From an uncultured Bacteroidales bacterium (lineage in GTDB: Bacteria; Bacteroidota; Bacteroidia; Bacteroidales; VadinHA17): a stretch of 64,000 bases of DNA. The stretch covers positions 194,673-258,672 of the forward strand of contig CAWKJD010000015.1 of the NCBI GenBank assembly GCA_963849945.1. The letters run 5' to 3'. The notes below the pieces were generated by a model, which was given only the letters and a program-made list of their open reading frames with translations, searched no databases and was not told the origin of the DNA. Positions 20,050-28,266 of the stretch are shown one piece after another. Made by a program: the position numbers and the translations under genes. How positions within the stretch are numbered: position 1 is the stretch's first letter; every line of letters starts with the position of its first letter.

Positions 20050-21006
20050 ATGCTGATAAGGAAAAAATACGTTTTTGACACATCTAACCTTCAGTTTCAC
20101 CACCACAAACGCAAATGGAGTGAGAAACTTATAAGGTTCTCCGTTGGATTTAGTATATCAATCTTACTTACAGTCTGTTACGGCTTAATTTTTCATCACT
20201 TTTTCGGCTTCCCGCAGCAGGAGAAACTGGAGCGGAAGGTTGATGAGATCAAACTGAATTATTCTCTCCTTGAGCGCCGGATAGATTATTCATCAAAAAT
20301 TATTGCTGATATGCGTTCATCGGATAATAAATCTTACAGGGCGATCCTTGACCTTCCCCAGATTCCTGCAGATATTTCTGAAGGAGGTGCCGGCGGTATT
20401 TTTAAATTCGGCGATCTGACAGGATACGCGAACACCGAGATGATGATGGCTATAAGGTCGAAGTTTGAGAATCTGAGGACTGAGACAAATATTCAGTACA
20501 ACTCGCTTACCGAGCTTACCGGGAAAGCCGCTGAATGGAAGGATATGTGGGCTCATCTTCCGTATATAAGGCCTGTCAACGTAACAATGAGACTTGGTGA
20601 CGGGGTTAAGTACAGGGAGCATCATCCTGTTCTGGGTTCGCCCCGCTGGCATTTCGGTCAGGATTTCCGCTGCCCCATGGGTACCGAGGTATATGCCACG
20701 GGTGCCGGAATAGTGTATTATGCAGGTAACCAGAATGATGGCTTCGGAATAAAGGTGGTAATTGACCACGGATACGGTTACAGATCAATTTATGGCCACC
20801 TCAGCAAAGTAAATGTCAAAAGGGGTGAGAAGGTAAAAAGGGGAGACTTTATAGGGCTGTCAGGCAATACCGGTCTTTCATCAGGACCGCACCTTCATTA
20901 TCAGGTCGATCTCTTCGGGTCACATGTGAACCCGCTCTGGTATTTCGACGACAATCTTTCTGAGGATGAGTATTTTAAAATGCTTGACTTCCTTTCAAAA
21001 CCGTGA
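20050..21006 (+). CDS. M23 family metallopeptidase (membrane-anchored, paralog A)
   Basis: N-terminal TM segment. HFGQDF (HxxxD) and GNTGLSSGPHLHYQV (HxH) motifs. Confidence 0.8.
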   Translation: MLIRKKYVFDTSNLQFHHHKRKWSEKLIRFSVGFSISILLTVCYGLIFHHFFGFPQQEKLERKVDEIKLNYSLLERRIDYSSKIIADMRSSDNKSYRAILDLPQIPADISEGGAGGIFKFGDLTGYANTEMMMAIRSKFENLRTETNIQYNSLTELTGKAAEWKDMWAHLPYIRPVNVTMRLGDGVKYREHHPVLGSPRWHFGQDFRCPMGTEVYATGAGIVYYAGNQNDGFGIKVVIDHGYGYRSIYGHLSKVNVKRGEKVKRGDFIGLSGNTGLSSGPHLHYQVDLFGSHVNPLWYFDDNLSEDEYFKMLDFLSKP

Positions 21007-21106
21007 GATGCAGTCTGTATGCCTGGTCTTCGAAGCTTGAAAGCAGTTTTGAAATTTGTCTATTATTTCTTATGTTTGCACGGCACTTAATTTGCCATCA
21101 TAGCGG

Positions 21107-22078
21107 ATGCCAAAGACAAAGTATAAGTTTAATCATGAGACACTCAGCTTTGATAAGATAAGGCTGGGGATAAGGCAGCTTCTTATCCGGCTGTTCGCGT
21201 ATTTCGTAGGATCACTCTTTCTCGCCGGCCTGTACGGTTTTGTCTTTGCCTTTATTTTTGATTCCCCAAAGGAGAAAGCTCTTAAGCGTGAGATTGAGCA
21301 GCTTACCCTGCAGTATGACCTTATGAACAGGGAGATGGAGAATGTTGAGAAGGTGCTCGGTCATCTTGAAGAGACTGATGACAATCTTTACCGGACCATT
21401 TTTGAAGCCGAACCGGTGCCGGCTTCTTATCGTCAGGGAGGCATTGGCGGAGTGAACCGTTATGCAGAGCTTGAGGGATTTTCAAATTCGGAGCTGATTA
21501 TTGAGACTGCAACCAGGCTTGACAAGATCAGGAAGAAGATTTATGTACAGTCTGAATCTTTTGATCAGCTGATAGCCTTGTCAAAAGAAAAGGAGGTGAT
21601 GCTCAGCAGCATTCCGGCCATACAACCTTTGTCAAACAAGGACCTGAAGCGTACGGCTTCCGGATTTGGATACAGAATACACCCTATATATAAAATATCG
21701 AAGTTTCATGCCGGAATGGATTTTACGGCTCCTACGGGAACTGATATTTATGCGACCGGCAACGGGGTCATAAGAGAGGTCAAATCAGAACGCCGTGAGC
21801 TGGGTAATCATATTATTATAGATCACGGGTATGGATATACGACTATCTACGCCCATCTTGACCGCTTCAATGTCAGGGTCGGACAGAAGGTAAAACGTGG
21901 CGATGTCATTGGCTTCGTAGGTTGTACAGGCCTCTCAACAGCACCTCACCTGCATTATGAGGTTAAGATTAACGGTCTTAATGTCGATCCCGCCCTTTAT
22001 TATTTTAACGATCTCACCCCTGATGAGTACGACAGCATGATTGAAATCGCTAACAAGAGCGGACAGACCTTCGATTGA
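21107..22078 (+). CDS. M23 family metallopeptidase (membrane-anchored, paralog B)
   Basis: Same architecture as paralog A, with HAGMDF and GCTGLSTAPHLHYEV motifs. Confidence 0.8.
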   Translation: MPKTKYKFNHETLSFDKIRLGIRQLLIRLFAYFVGSLFLAGLYGFVFAFIFDSPKEKALKREIEQLTLQYDLMNREMENVEKVLGHLEETDDNLYRTIFEAEPVPASYRQGGIGGVNRYAELEGFSNSELIIETATRLDKIRKKIYVQSESFDQLIALSKEKEVMLSSIPAIQPLSNKDLKRTASGFGYRIHPIYKISKFHAGMDFTAPTGTDIYATGNGVIREVKSERRELGNHIIIDHGYGYTTIYAHLDRFNVRVGQKVKRGDVIGFVGCTGLSTAPHLHYEVKINGLNVDPALYYFNDLTPDEYDSMIEIANKSGQTFD

Positions 22079-22092
22079 TTAAGGAACAGATC

Positions 22093-22431
22093 ATGCCGTA
22101 CAGGGAAAAAAAAGTTGACAAACTGTTCTATCAGATCGGGGAGGTAGCCGATATGTTCTCTGAACCTGTCTCGACGATCCGTTTCTGGGAGAAGGAGTTT
22201 GACATACTGAAACCCAAAAAGAATAATAAAGGCAACAGGCTGTTCATGGAGGAGGATATTAAGAACCTGAAACTGATATACCACCTGCTGAGGGAAAGAG
22301 GCATGACTATCGAGGGCGCCAGAAAATACCTGAAAAATAACCATGAAGATGCCGACTATCGCCTGGAGATTGCTGACACCCTTCGCGGCATAAGGGACAT
22401 GCTCACCGATATCAGAGACGAAATAAACTGA
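22093..22431 (+). CDS. MerR family transcriptional regulator
   Basis: HTH segment YQIGEVADMFSEPVSTIRFWEKEFDILKPKKNNKGNRLF. I prefer the ATG at 22093. The track's TTG at 22075 overlaps the M23 stop codon. Confidence 0.75.
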   Translation: MPYREKKVDKLFYQIGEVADMFSEPVSTIRFWEKEFDILKPKKNNKGNRLFMEEDIKNLKLIYHLLRERGMTIEGARKYLKNNHEDADYRLEIADTLRGIRDMLTDIRDEIN

Positions 22432-22435
22432 TAAT

Positions 22436-23542
22436 ATGGCGGTTACGCTGGGAGAATTCACGCTCTGGCTTGAAGAACTTATTCCTCCTGCCTTTCAGGA
22501 ACATTATGACAACAGCGGACTTCAGGTCGGAGACCCTTTGGCTGTGGTCGATTCTGTTCTGCTTACCGTGGATGTGACGTCCGAAGTTATAGCTGAGGCT
22601 CTGGAGCATGGCTGTAAACTGATCATCTCTCATCACCCCCTGATCTTTACTCCGCTGAAACACATCGCTAATGGCAATGAGACTGAACGCTGTGTTGCGT
22701 CTGCGATAACAGGCGGTTTAGCCATTTATTCTGCTCATACTAGCTTAGACAACATATCGCGGGGAGTAAGTCATGTACTGGCTGAGAAGATCGGACTTGA
22801 AAAGATCAGGGTGCTGGCGCCGCTGAAAGGAAAGCTTTCAAAACTTGTCACTTTTGTGCCTGTTTCTCATGCCGGCAGGGTCAGGGAGGCTCTGTTCAGC
22901 GCGGGTGCGGGCCACATCGGTAATTACGACCGCTGCAGCTTCAGCGTTGATGGCGAGGGAACCTACAGGGCAGGAGAGGGGGCTGATCCTTTTGCCGGAA
23001 GAGTGGGAGAGGATCATTCCGAACCTGAAATAAGGATAGAGGCAGTCGTGCCGTCATACCTATCGTCTTCATGTGTCAGGGCCCTTCTTGAAGCACATCC
23101 TTATGAGGAGGTAGCTTACGACATCATTGCCCTTGAGAACGAGAATTGCGGCGCCGGCGCGGGCGCCATAGGCATTCTCCCCGCCCCGCTCAGCGGCACG
23201 GCGCTCCTTGAGAGGCTGAGGAAGCTCACAGGCATACCGGTCATCCGTTACAGCGGGGACCCCGACCGCAGCGTGACAACCGTGGCTGTGTGCGGAGGTT
23301 CAGGCGCTGACCTCATCAGCACTGCCGCCCGCGCCGGCGCCGACGCGTTCATTACCGGTGATATAAAATATCATGCCTTCACACAGGCACCAAACAACAT
23401 TATCGTGGCTGACATTGGTCATTACGAGAGTGAAAAATTTTCTTTACAACTGCTCCACGACCTGATTAATAAAAAATTTCCTAAATTTGCACTCCGGTTT
23501 TCCGGGATAAATACCAATCCGATAAATTACTTCTTAAAATGA
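22436..23542 (+). CDS. Nif3-like dinuclear metal centre protein (YbgI/GTP cyclohydrolase 1 type 2 family)
   Basis: 368 aa. Motifs LIISHHPLIF, YSAHTSLD, and C-terminal ITGDIKYH..DIGHYESE. Confidence 0.8.
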   Translation: MAVTLGEFTLWLEELIPPAFQEHYDNSGLQVGDPLAVVDSVLLTVDVTSEVIAEALEHGCKLIISHHPLIFTPLKHIANGNETERCVASAITGGLAIYSAHTSLDNISRGVSHVLAEKIGLEKIRVLAPLKGKLSKLVTFVPVSHAGRVREALFSAGAGHIGNYDRCSFSVDGEGTYRAGEGADPFAGRVGEDHSEPEIRIEAVVPSYLSSSCVRALLEAHPYEEVAYDIIALENENCGAGAGAIGILPAPLSGTALLERLRKLTGIPVIRYSGDPDRSVTTVAVCGGSGADLISTAARAGADAFITGDIKYHAFTQAPNNIIVADIGHYESEKFSLQLLHDLINKKFPKFALRFSGINTNPINYFLK

Positions 23543-24300
23543 AACAAACCAAAACAGCTGAGCCAGAACTTACAATAGAAGAGAAACTCAGGGCATTATA
23601 TTCACTACAGCTTGTTGATTCAGAGGTAGATAAGATACGTACACTCAGAGGGGAGCTTCCGCTCGAGGTACAGGACCTTGAGGATGAGGTTGAAGGTCTG
23701 GAGACAAGAATAAACAATCTCAAAAGTGAAGTTGCCGAGCTCGAAAAATCGGTCGTAAGCAAGAACAACGAGATAACTACCTCCCAGGGACTAATAAAAA
23801 AGTACGAAGAACAGCAGAATAACGTCCGCAATAACCGCGAATATGATTCGCTTTCTAAAGAGATTGAATTCCAGAATCTTGAGATTGAGTTGTGCAACAA
23901 AAAGATACGTGAGTTCACTGTTCAGATTGCTGAGAAAAAAGAAGTGATGGCTGAAGCTCAGGCGGCTCTAGACGAGAGAAAACGTGACCTGGATGGAAAG
24001 AAGGGCGAGCTTGATGATATAACGCGTGACACCCAGAAGGAAGAAGAACAACTTGACGAGAGATCAGCGGAGCTCCAGACAAAAATTGAGGAGCGTCTTC
24101 TGACTGCCTATAAGCGTATCCGTTCCAACGCACGCAACGGTCTTGCTGTTGTTTCTGTCCAGAGAGATGCATGCGGCGGATGTTTCAATCAGATACCTCC
24201 TCAGCGCCAGCTTGACATCAGGTCAAGGAAAAAGATCATCGTCTGCGAATATTGCGGCCGCATACTTGTCGATGATGAGATCGTAGCCGAAAATTCGTAA
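23539..24300 (+). CDS. coiled-coil zinc-ribbon protein (COG1579-like), the usual partner of Nif3
   Basis: Long heptad-rich region followed by CGGCFNQIPPQ..VCEYCGRIL. Its start overlaps the Nif3 stop codon by 4 nt. Confidence 0.7.
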   Translation: MKQTKTAEPELTIEEKLRALYSLQLVDSEVDKIRTLRGELPLEVQDLEDEVEGLETRINNLKSEVAELEKSVVSKNNEITTSQGLIKKYEEQQNNVRNNREYDSLSKEIEFQNLEIELCNKKIREFTVQIAEKKEVMAEAQAALDERKRDLDGKKGELDDITRDTQKEEEQLDERSAELQTKIEERLLTAYKRIRSNARNGLAVVSVQRDACGGCFNQIPPQRQLDIRSRKKIIVCEYCGRILVDDEIVAENS

Positions 24301-24328
24301 ACGGATTATATAATTATATACGTGTAGG

Positions 24329-24497
24329 AGGCTGTTTCAAAAGCCACCACCTCCCCCCGACGCTTCGGTCGGGGTACTCCTCCTTATTTAGGAGGAGAAA
24401 GTTAAGATACTTAATATCAAACATTTCCCCCCCCTTTTAAGGAGGGGTGTCACGACCTTATGGTCGGGACGGGGTGGTAAAAAGGCTTTTGAGACAC
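24329..24497. repeat. composite palindromic intergenic element with four internal hairpins
   Basis: The outer arms ttcaaaagccaccacc (24336-24351) and ggtggtaaaaaggcttttga (24473-24492) are inverted copies. Internal hairpins: CCCCGAC-gcttcg-GTCGGGG (24355-24374), CTCCTCC-ttattta-GGAGGAG (24377-24397), C-run/ttttaa/GGAGGGG (24428-24447), CGACC-ttat-GGTCG (24453-24466). Confidence 0.8.
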
Positions 24498-24521
24498 CCT
24501 CTTACTTGTTTTATATCTTTG
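24488..24521 (+). promoter_or_regulatory. candidate promoter for hutU
   Basis: TTTG (24488-24491), a 22-nt spacer, then TATCTTTG (24514-24521). The ATG lies 22 nt downstream. Confidence 0.45.
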
Positions 24522-24542
24522 TATCCAAGACATTCGAAAAAT

Positions 24543-26549
24543 ATGAACGATTTCCAATCGCAGATCCGTGAAGGTATTCCCGGACACCTTCCTGAGTTAA
24601 AACCTTACAACCCTTCAGTCAATCATGCCCCGCGTCGACGTGACATACTGACGCATGAGGAAAAGAAGCTCTCACTTCGCAATGCCCTCAGATATTTCCC
24701 GGTAAAGCTGCACGGTGTTCTGGCTCCTGAGTTCGCCGCCGAGCTGCGTGATTACGGACAAATCTATATGTACCGTTACAGGCCGACTTATGAGATGAAG
24801 GCCAGGCCAATCGGCGAATACCCTCATAAATCTGTGCAGGCTGCAGCAATCATGCTGATGATAACCAACAATCTCGACCCGGCCGTGGCTCAGCACCCTC
24901 ATGAACTTATAACTTATGGCGGCAACGGCGCTGTCTTCCAGAACTGGGCCCAGTACAGGCTCACAATGAAATACCTTTCTGAGATGACAGATGAGCAGAC
25001 CCTTGTTATGTACTCCGGTCACCCTCTGGGTATCTTCCCGTCGCATCCCGAAGCTCCGAGGGCGGTTGTCACTAATGGAATGGTAATACCAAACTACTCT
25101 TCGCAGGATCACTGGGAGAGGTTCAATGCGCTTGGTGTCTCGCAGTACGGCCAGATGACTGCCGGATCGTACATGTATATAGGTCCTCAGGGAATCGTTC
25201 ACGGCACAACAATCACCCTGCTCAATGCAGGCAGGAGACTCAAACCCTCAGATGAAAAGACAGGGCAAACAAGGCTATTCATTTCATCCGGGTTGGGCGG
25301 CATGTCAGGGGCCCAGCCCAGGGCAGGCAACATAGCCGGGGTGGTTTCAGTTATTGCTGAGGTAAATCCGAAGGCAGTAAGCAAGCGACATTCCCAGGGA
25401 TGGGTTGATGAAGTTTTTGATGATCTCGGAAAATTGGCTCGTCGGGTAAGGAAAGCGTGCGGGTCAGGAGAGGTAGTCTCTCTGGCTTATCACGGGAATA
25501 TTGTTGAGCTGTGGGAACACCTTGCCGATGAAGGGATTTGGGCCGATCTCGGCTCAGACCAGACCTCCCTTCATAATCCATGGGCAGGCGGATATTATCC
25601 TGCAGGTATCACATTTGATGAAGCGAATGTGATTATGGCGGAAGATCCTGAGAGATTCAAGCAGATGGTGCAGGCTTCCCTGAGACGACAGGTTGCAGCT
25701 ATCAACAGGCATACGGCACATGGAACTTATTTCTTCGATTACGGCAACGCCTTCCTCCTTGAATCCTCCCGTGCAGGGGCTGATGTCAATGACGGGAAAG
25801 GCGGATTTCGCTACCCATCTTACGTGGAGGACATCATGGGACCTCTTTGCTTTGACTATGGCTTTGGCCCTTTCAGGTGGGTCTGCTGCTCAGGCGACCC
25901 TGCCGACCTGGCAACTACTGATGCGCTGGCAGCCCAGACCCTTGAAGAACTGATGAAAGACTCCCCCGGGGACATTCAGCTGCAGATGTCTGACAATATT
26001 CACTGGATACATGAAGCCGCGAGCAATAACCTCGTAGTCGGGTCGCAGGCACGCATTCTTTATGCTGATGCGCGGGGCAGGACAGCCATTGCAGAAGCTT
26101 TCAACAATGCCATAGCCTCGGGCAGGATCAGCGGACCGGTGGTCATAGGCCGTGATCATCATGATGTTTCAGGCACTGACTCGCCCTTCCGCGAGACGGC
26201 AAATATTTATGACGGCTCTCGTTTCACGGCTGACATGGCCGTGCAGAATGTTATTGGCGATTCTTTCCGGGGCGCCACCTGGGTCTCACTGCATAACGGT
26301 GGTGGTGTCGGATGGGGTGAGGTAATTAACGGTGGCTTCGGCATGGTGCTTGACGGCACGCCGGCAGCCGGAAGGCGCATCCGCGCAATGCTCTTCTGGG
26401 ATGTAAATAACGGCATTGCACGCCGCAGCTGGGCAAGAAACAGCGGATCAATATCTGCAATAACAAGAGAGATGGAACGCACACCCGGACTGGTGGTGAC
26501 AATGCCTTCGCTGGCAGATGACAGACTGATTGATTCGGTGATCGGTTAA
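24543..26549 (+). CDS. hutU: urocanate hydratase
   Basis: About 668 aa from ATG 24543 (MNDFQSQIREGIPG). Urocanase-like blocks: ITYGGNGAVFQNW, GQMTAGSYMYIGPQGIVHGT, GLGGMSGAQ, VSLHNGGGVGWGE. The track's GTG extension to 24447 reads through a palindromic repeat and is rejected. Confidence 0.9.
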   Translation: MNDFQSQIREGIPGHLPELKPYNPSVNHAPRRRDILTHEEKKLSLRNALRYFPVKLHGVLAPEFAAELRDYGQIYMYRYRPTYEMKARPIGEYPHKSVQAAAIMLMITNNLDPAVAQHPHELITYGGNGAVFQNWAQYRLTMKYLSEMTDEQTLVMYSGHPLGIFPSHPEAPRAVVTNGMVIPNYSSQDHWERFNALGVSQYGQMTAGSYMYIGPQGIVHGTTITLLNAGRRLKPSDEKTGQTRLFISSGLGGMSGAQPRAGNIAGVVSVIAEVNPKAVSKRHSQGWVDEVFDDLGKLARRVRKACGSGEVVSLAYHGNIVELWEHLADEGIWADLGSDQTSLHNPWAGGYYPAGITFDEANVIMAEDPERFKQMVQASLRRQVAAINRHTAHGTYFFDYGNAFLLESSRAGADVNDGKGGFRYPSYVEDIMGPLCFDYGFGPFRWVCCSGDPADLATTDALAAQTLEELMKDSPGDIQLQMSDNIHWIHEAASNNLVVGSQARILYADARGRTAIAEAFNNAIASGRISGPVVIGRDHHDVSGTDSPFRETANIYDGSRFTADMAVQNVIGDSFRGATWVSLHNGGGVGWGEVINGGFGMVLDGTPAAGRRIRAMLFWDVNNGIARRSWARNSGSISAITREMERTPGLVVTMPSLADDRLIDSVIG

Positions 26550-27046
26550 ATATTATCCGGGATGCGGTCTGCAATAAGACAGACAGCCATGGCTACCACA
26601 CCCTCCCCGCGGCCCGTAAATCCCATTTTCTCTGTGGTGGTCGCCTTTACGGCAATGGCGTCGGGAAGTATGCCTGCGATGTCAGCCAGGGTCTTTCGCA
26701 TTGCGCTTATATAAGAAGCCAGCTTAGGTGCTTCAAGACATACTGTGGTATCAATATTTACAACCCTGTAGCCTTTTTCCGTAACCATTTTCACAGTACG
26801 CTTCAGAAGTACCTTGCTGTCGATACCTTTATATTCATCAGATGTGTCAGGGAAATGTGTCCCGATGTCATTCAACCCTGCGGCGCCGAGGAGTGCGTCA
26901 CAAATTGCATGTATAAGCACATCGCCGTCAGAATGTGCCACACAGCCTTTTGATGAGACAATATGAATGCCGCCAAGCCACAGTTCACGACCTTCCTCAA
27001 GGCGGTGAAAGTCAATGCCCTGTCCTATCCTCTGATGCAGTGTCAT
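26546..27046 (-). CDS. ispF: 2-C-methyl-D-erythritol 2,4-cyclodiphosphate synthase
   Basis: 166 aa. Motifs IGQGIDFHRL, SDGDVLIHAICDALLGA, HFPDTS, KATTTEKMGFTGRGEG. Confidence 0.9.
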   Translation of the reverse strand: MTLHQRIGQGIDFHRLEEGRELWLGGIHIVSSKGCVAHSDGDVLIHAICDALLGAAGLNDIGTHFPDTSDEYKGIDSKVLLKRTVKMVTEKGYRVVNIDTTVCLEAPKLASYISAMRKTLADIAGILPDAIAVKATTTEKMGFTGRGEGVVAMAVCLIADRIPDNI

Positions 27047-27049
27047 CTG

Positions 27050-28198
27050 CTATTTTTTGCTGACGTTACGAAGTGAGTTAAACTCAAACCCCAATGAGAA
27101 CCGGAGGGTATTTGATAATGGGTTATTCTGAGTTAATGGAATAAGGTATGAGAAGTCGAGATTGAAAACACTCAGCCTGAAACCTGCACCGGCGGTGAAA
27201 TACTTTCTGTTTCCTTTAGATTCAGCCTCATTATAATAGCCTGCGCGCAAAGCGAATTGCTGATTGTACCAGTATTCAATTCCTAAAGATTCTGTAAACT
27301 CACGCATTTCTTCCCCGAAACCTCCCGGTGCATCATAGAATGACTGGAAGATGGCCACAGGCACAGAAACGTTCGGATCCCTGCCTTCAACAATTACACC
27401 GTCTACATAAATCGGTTCTGTAGGTACCAGCAGTTTATTAACGTCAACTGAGATTGCCAGGGTGTTGTACCTGTCGAGATTGACTGAGAATGTTGTTCCC
27501 AGCCGCATGTTCATGGGTATGAAGGCAGGTTCCTGGTCGGTTTTATAGCTCATCTTGGAACCGATGTTTGAAAAGTTAATGCCGGCGGCAATATTTCCCT
27601 GCTTTTCACCCAGTTTTAAGGCAGTTGTATAATATGCAGAAGCATCAGCTGCGAAAGCCAGGCCGGTTTTTGTATCAGCAAAACCAGCTGTTATGTTTGA
27701 ATAAATGAAACGCAGAGCCACTCCACCTGACCAGTGTTGTGAAAGGAGCCGTGAGTAAGCTGCGTCAACTGAGAATTCGTTTGGATTGTAGGTGCTCTGG
27801 TAGTTGCCGTAATCGTCAGTGAACTGAATCTCTCCCAGCGACGAATACATCAGACTTGCAGCCAGGACCTGTTTGCTGTCAATCCTGTAATAACCCGTAA
27901 GGTATGCAAGGTTGATATCCGGCACGAGTGATCTGAGCCAGGGTGAGTAGGAAATTCCTAACCCTCCGTTACCGTCAATGAACGCAAACTTGGCCGGGTT
28001 CCAGTGCATCGAGTAGAGATCGGGCGAAGTTGCGACGCCGGCGTCACCCATAGCTCCGGAGCGTGAGTCAGGCGCAATTGTAAGGAATGGCACAACAGTC
28101 TGGATGACGTTAAGGGGATGTGGATCCTGTGCCGCCAATGGCATGACCGGTGCCAGCAAAAGAAATATGATGCTAATAATCAGCGCCTTGTTTTTCAT
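27050..28198 (-). CDS. porV: type IX secretion system outer-membrane protein PorV (LptO)
   Basis: Signal peptide, then VPFLTIAPDSRSGAMGDAGVATSPD..WNPAKFAF, which is the characteristic PorV N-terminal block. The rest is beta-barrel-like. It lies next to porU. Confidence 0.85.
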   Translation of the reverse strand: MKNKALIISIIFLLLAPVMPLAAQDPHPLNVIQTVVPFLTIAPDSRSGAMGDAGVATSPDLYSMHWNPAKFAFIDGNGGLGISYSPWLRSLVPDINLAYLTGYYRIDSKQVLAASLMYSSLGEIQFTDDYGNYQSTYNPNEFSVDAAYSRLLSQHWSGGVALRFIYSNITAGFADTKTGLAFAADASAYYTTALKLGEKQGNIAAGINFSNIGSKMSYKTDQEPAFIPMNMRLGTTFSVNLDRYNTLAISVDVNKLLVPTEPIYVDGVIVEGRDPNVSVPVAIFQSFYDAPGGFGEEMREFTESLGIEYWYNQQFALRAGYYNEAESKGNRKYFTAGAGFRLSVFNLDFSYLIPLTQNNPLSNTLRFSLGFEFNSLRNVSKK

Positions 28199-28222
28199 GT
28201 TCTCTCAGATTCAAAATTCGTG

Positions 28223-28230
28223 CAAATATA
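28223..28230 (-). promoter_or_regulatory. -7 box (TATATTTG on the minus strand) for porV
   Basis: The minus strand reads TATATTTG, 24 nt upstream of the porV ATG and directly after the porU terminator. I found no convincing -33 element. Confidence 0.4.
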
Positions 28231-28233
28231 AAA

Positions 28234-28266
28234 CAAAAAAAAAGGTGAGATATTGTATGGTCTCAC
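28234..28266 (-). terminator. intrinsic terminator after porU
   Basis: The minus strand reads GTGAGA-ccatacaata-TCTCAC followed by C and T9. The hairpin overlaps the porU stop codon. Confidence 0.7.

Noticed and set aside
24325-24447. GGAGG/AAGGAGG strings as ribosome-binding sites for small ORFs.
   Set aside because: No suitably spaced start codon with a meaningful ORF follows. The strings are the arms of hairpins (CTCCTCC/GGAGGAG).
24447-24542. N-terminal extension of hutU (the track's GTG start).
   Set aside because: The extension translates the palindromic element (MSRPYGRDGVVKRLLRH..) and overlies the predicted promoter. The ATG at 24543 gives a normal urocanase N-terminus.
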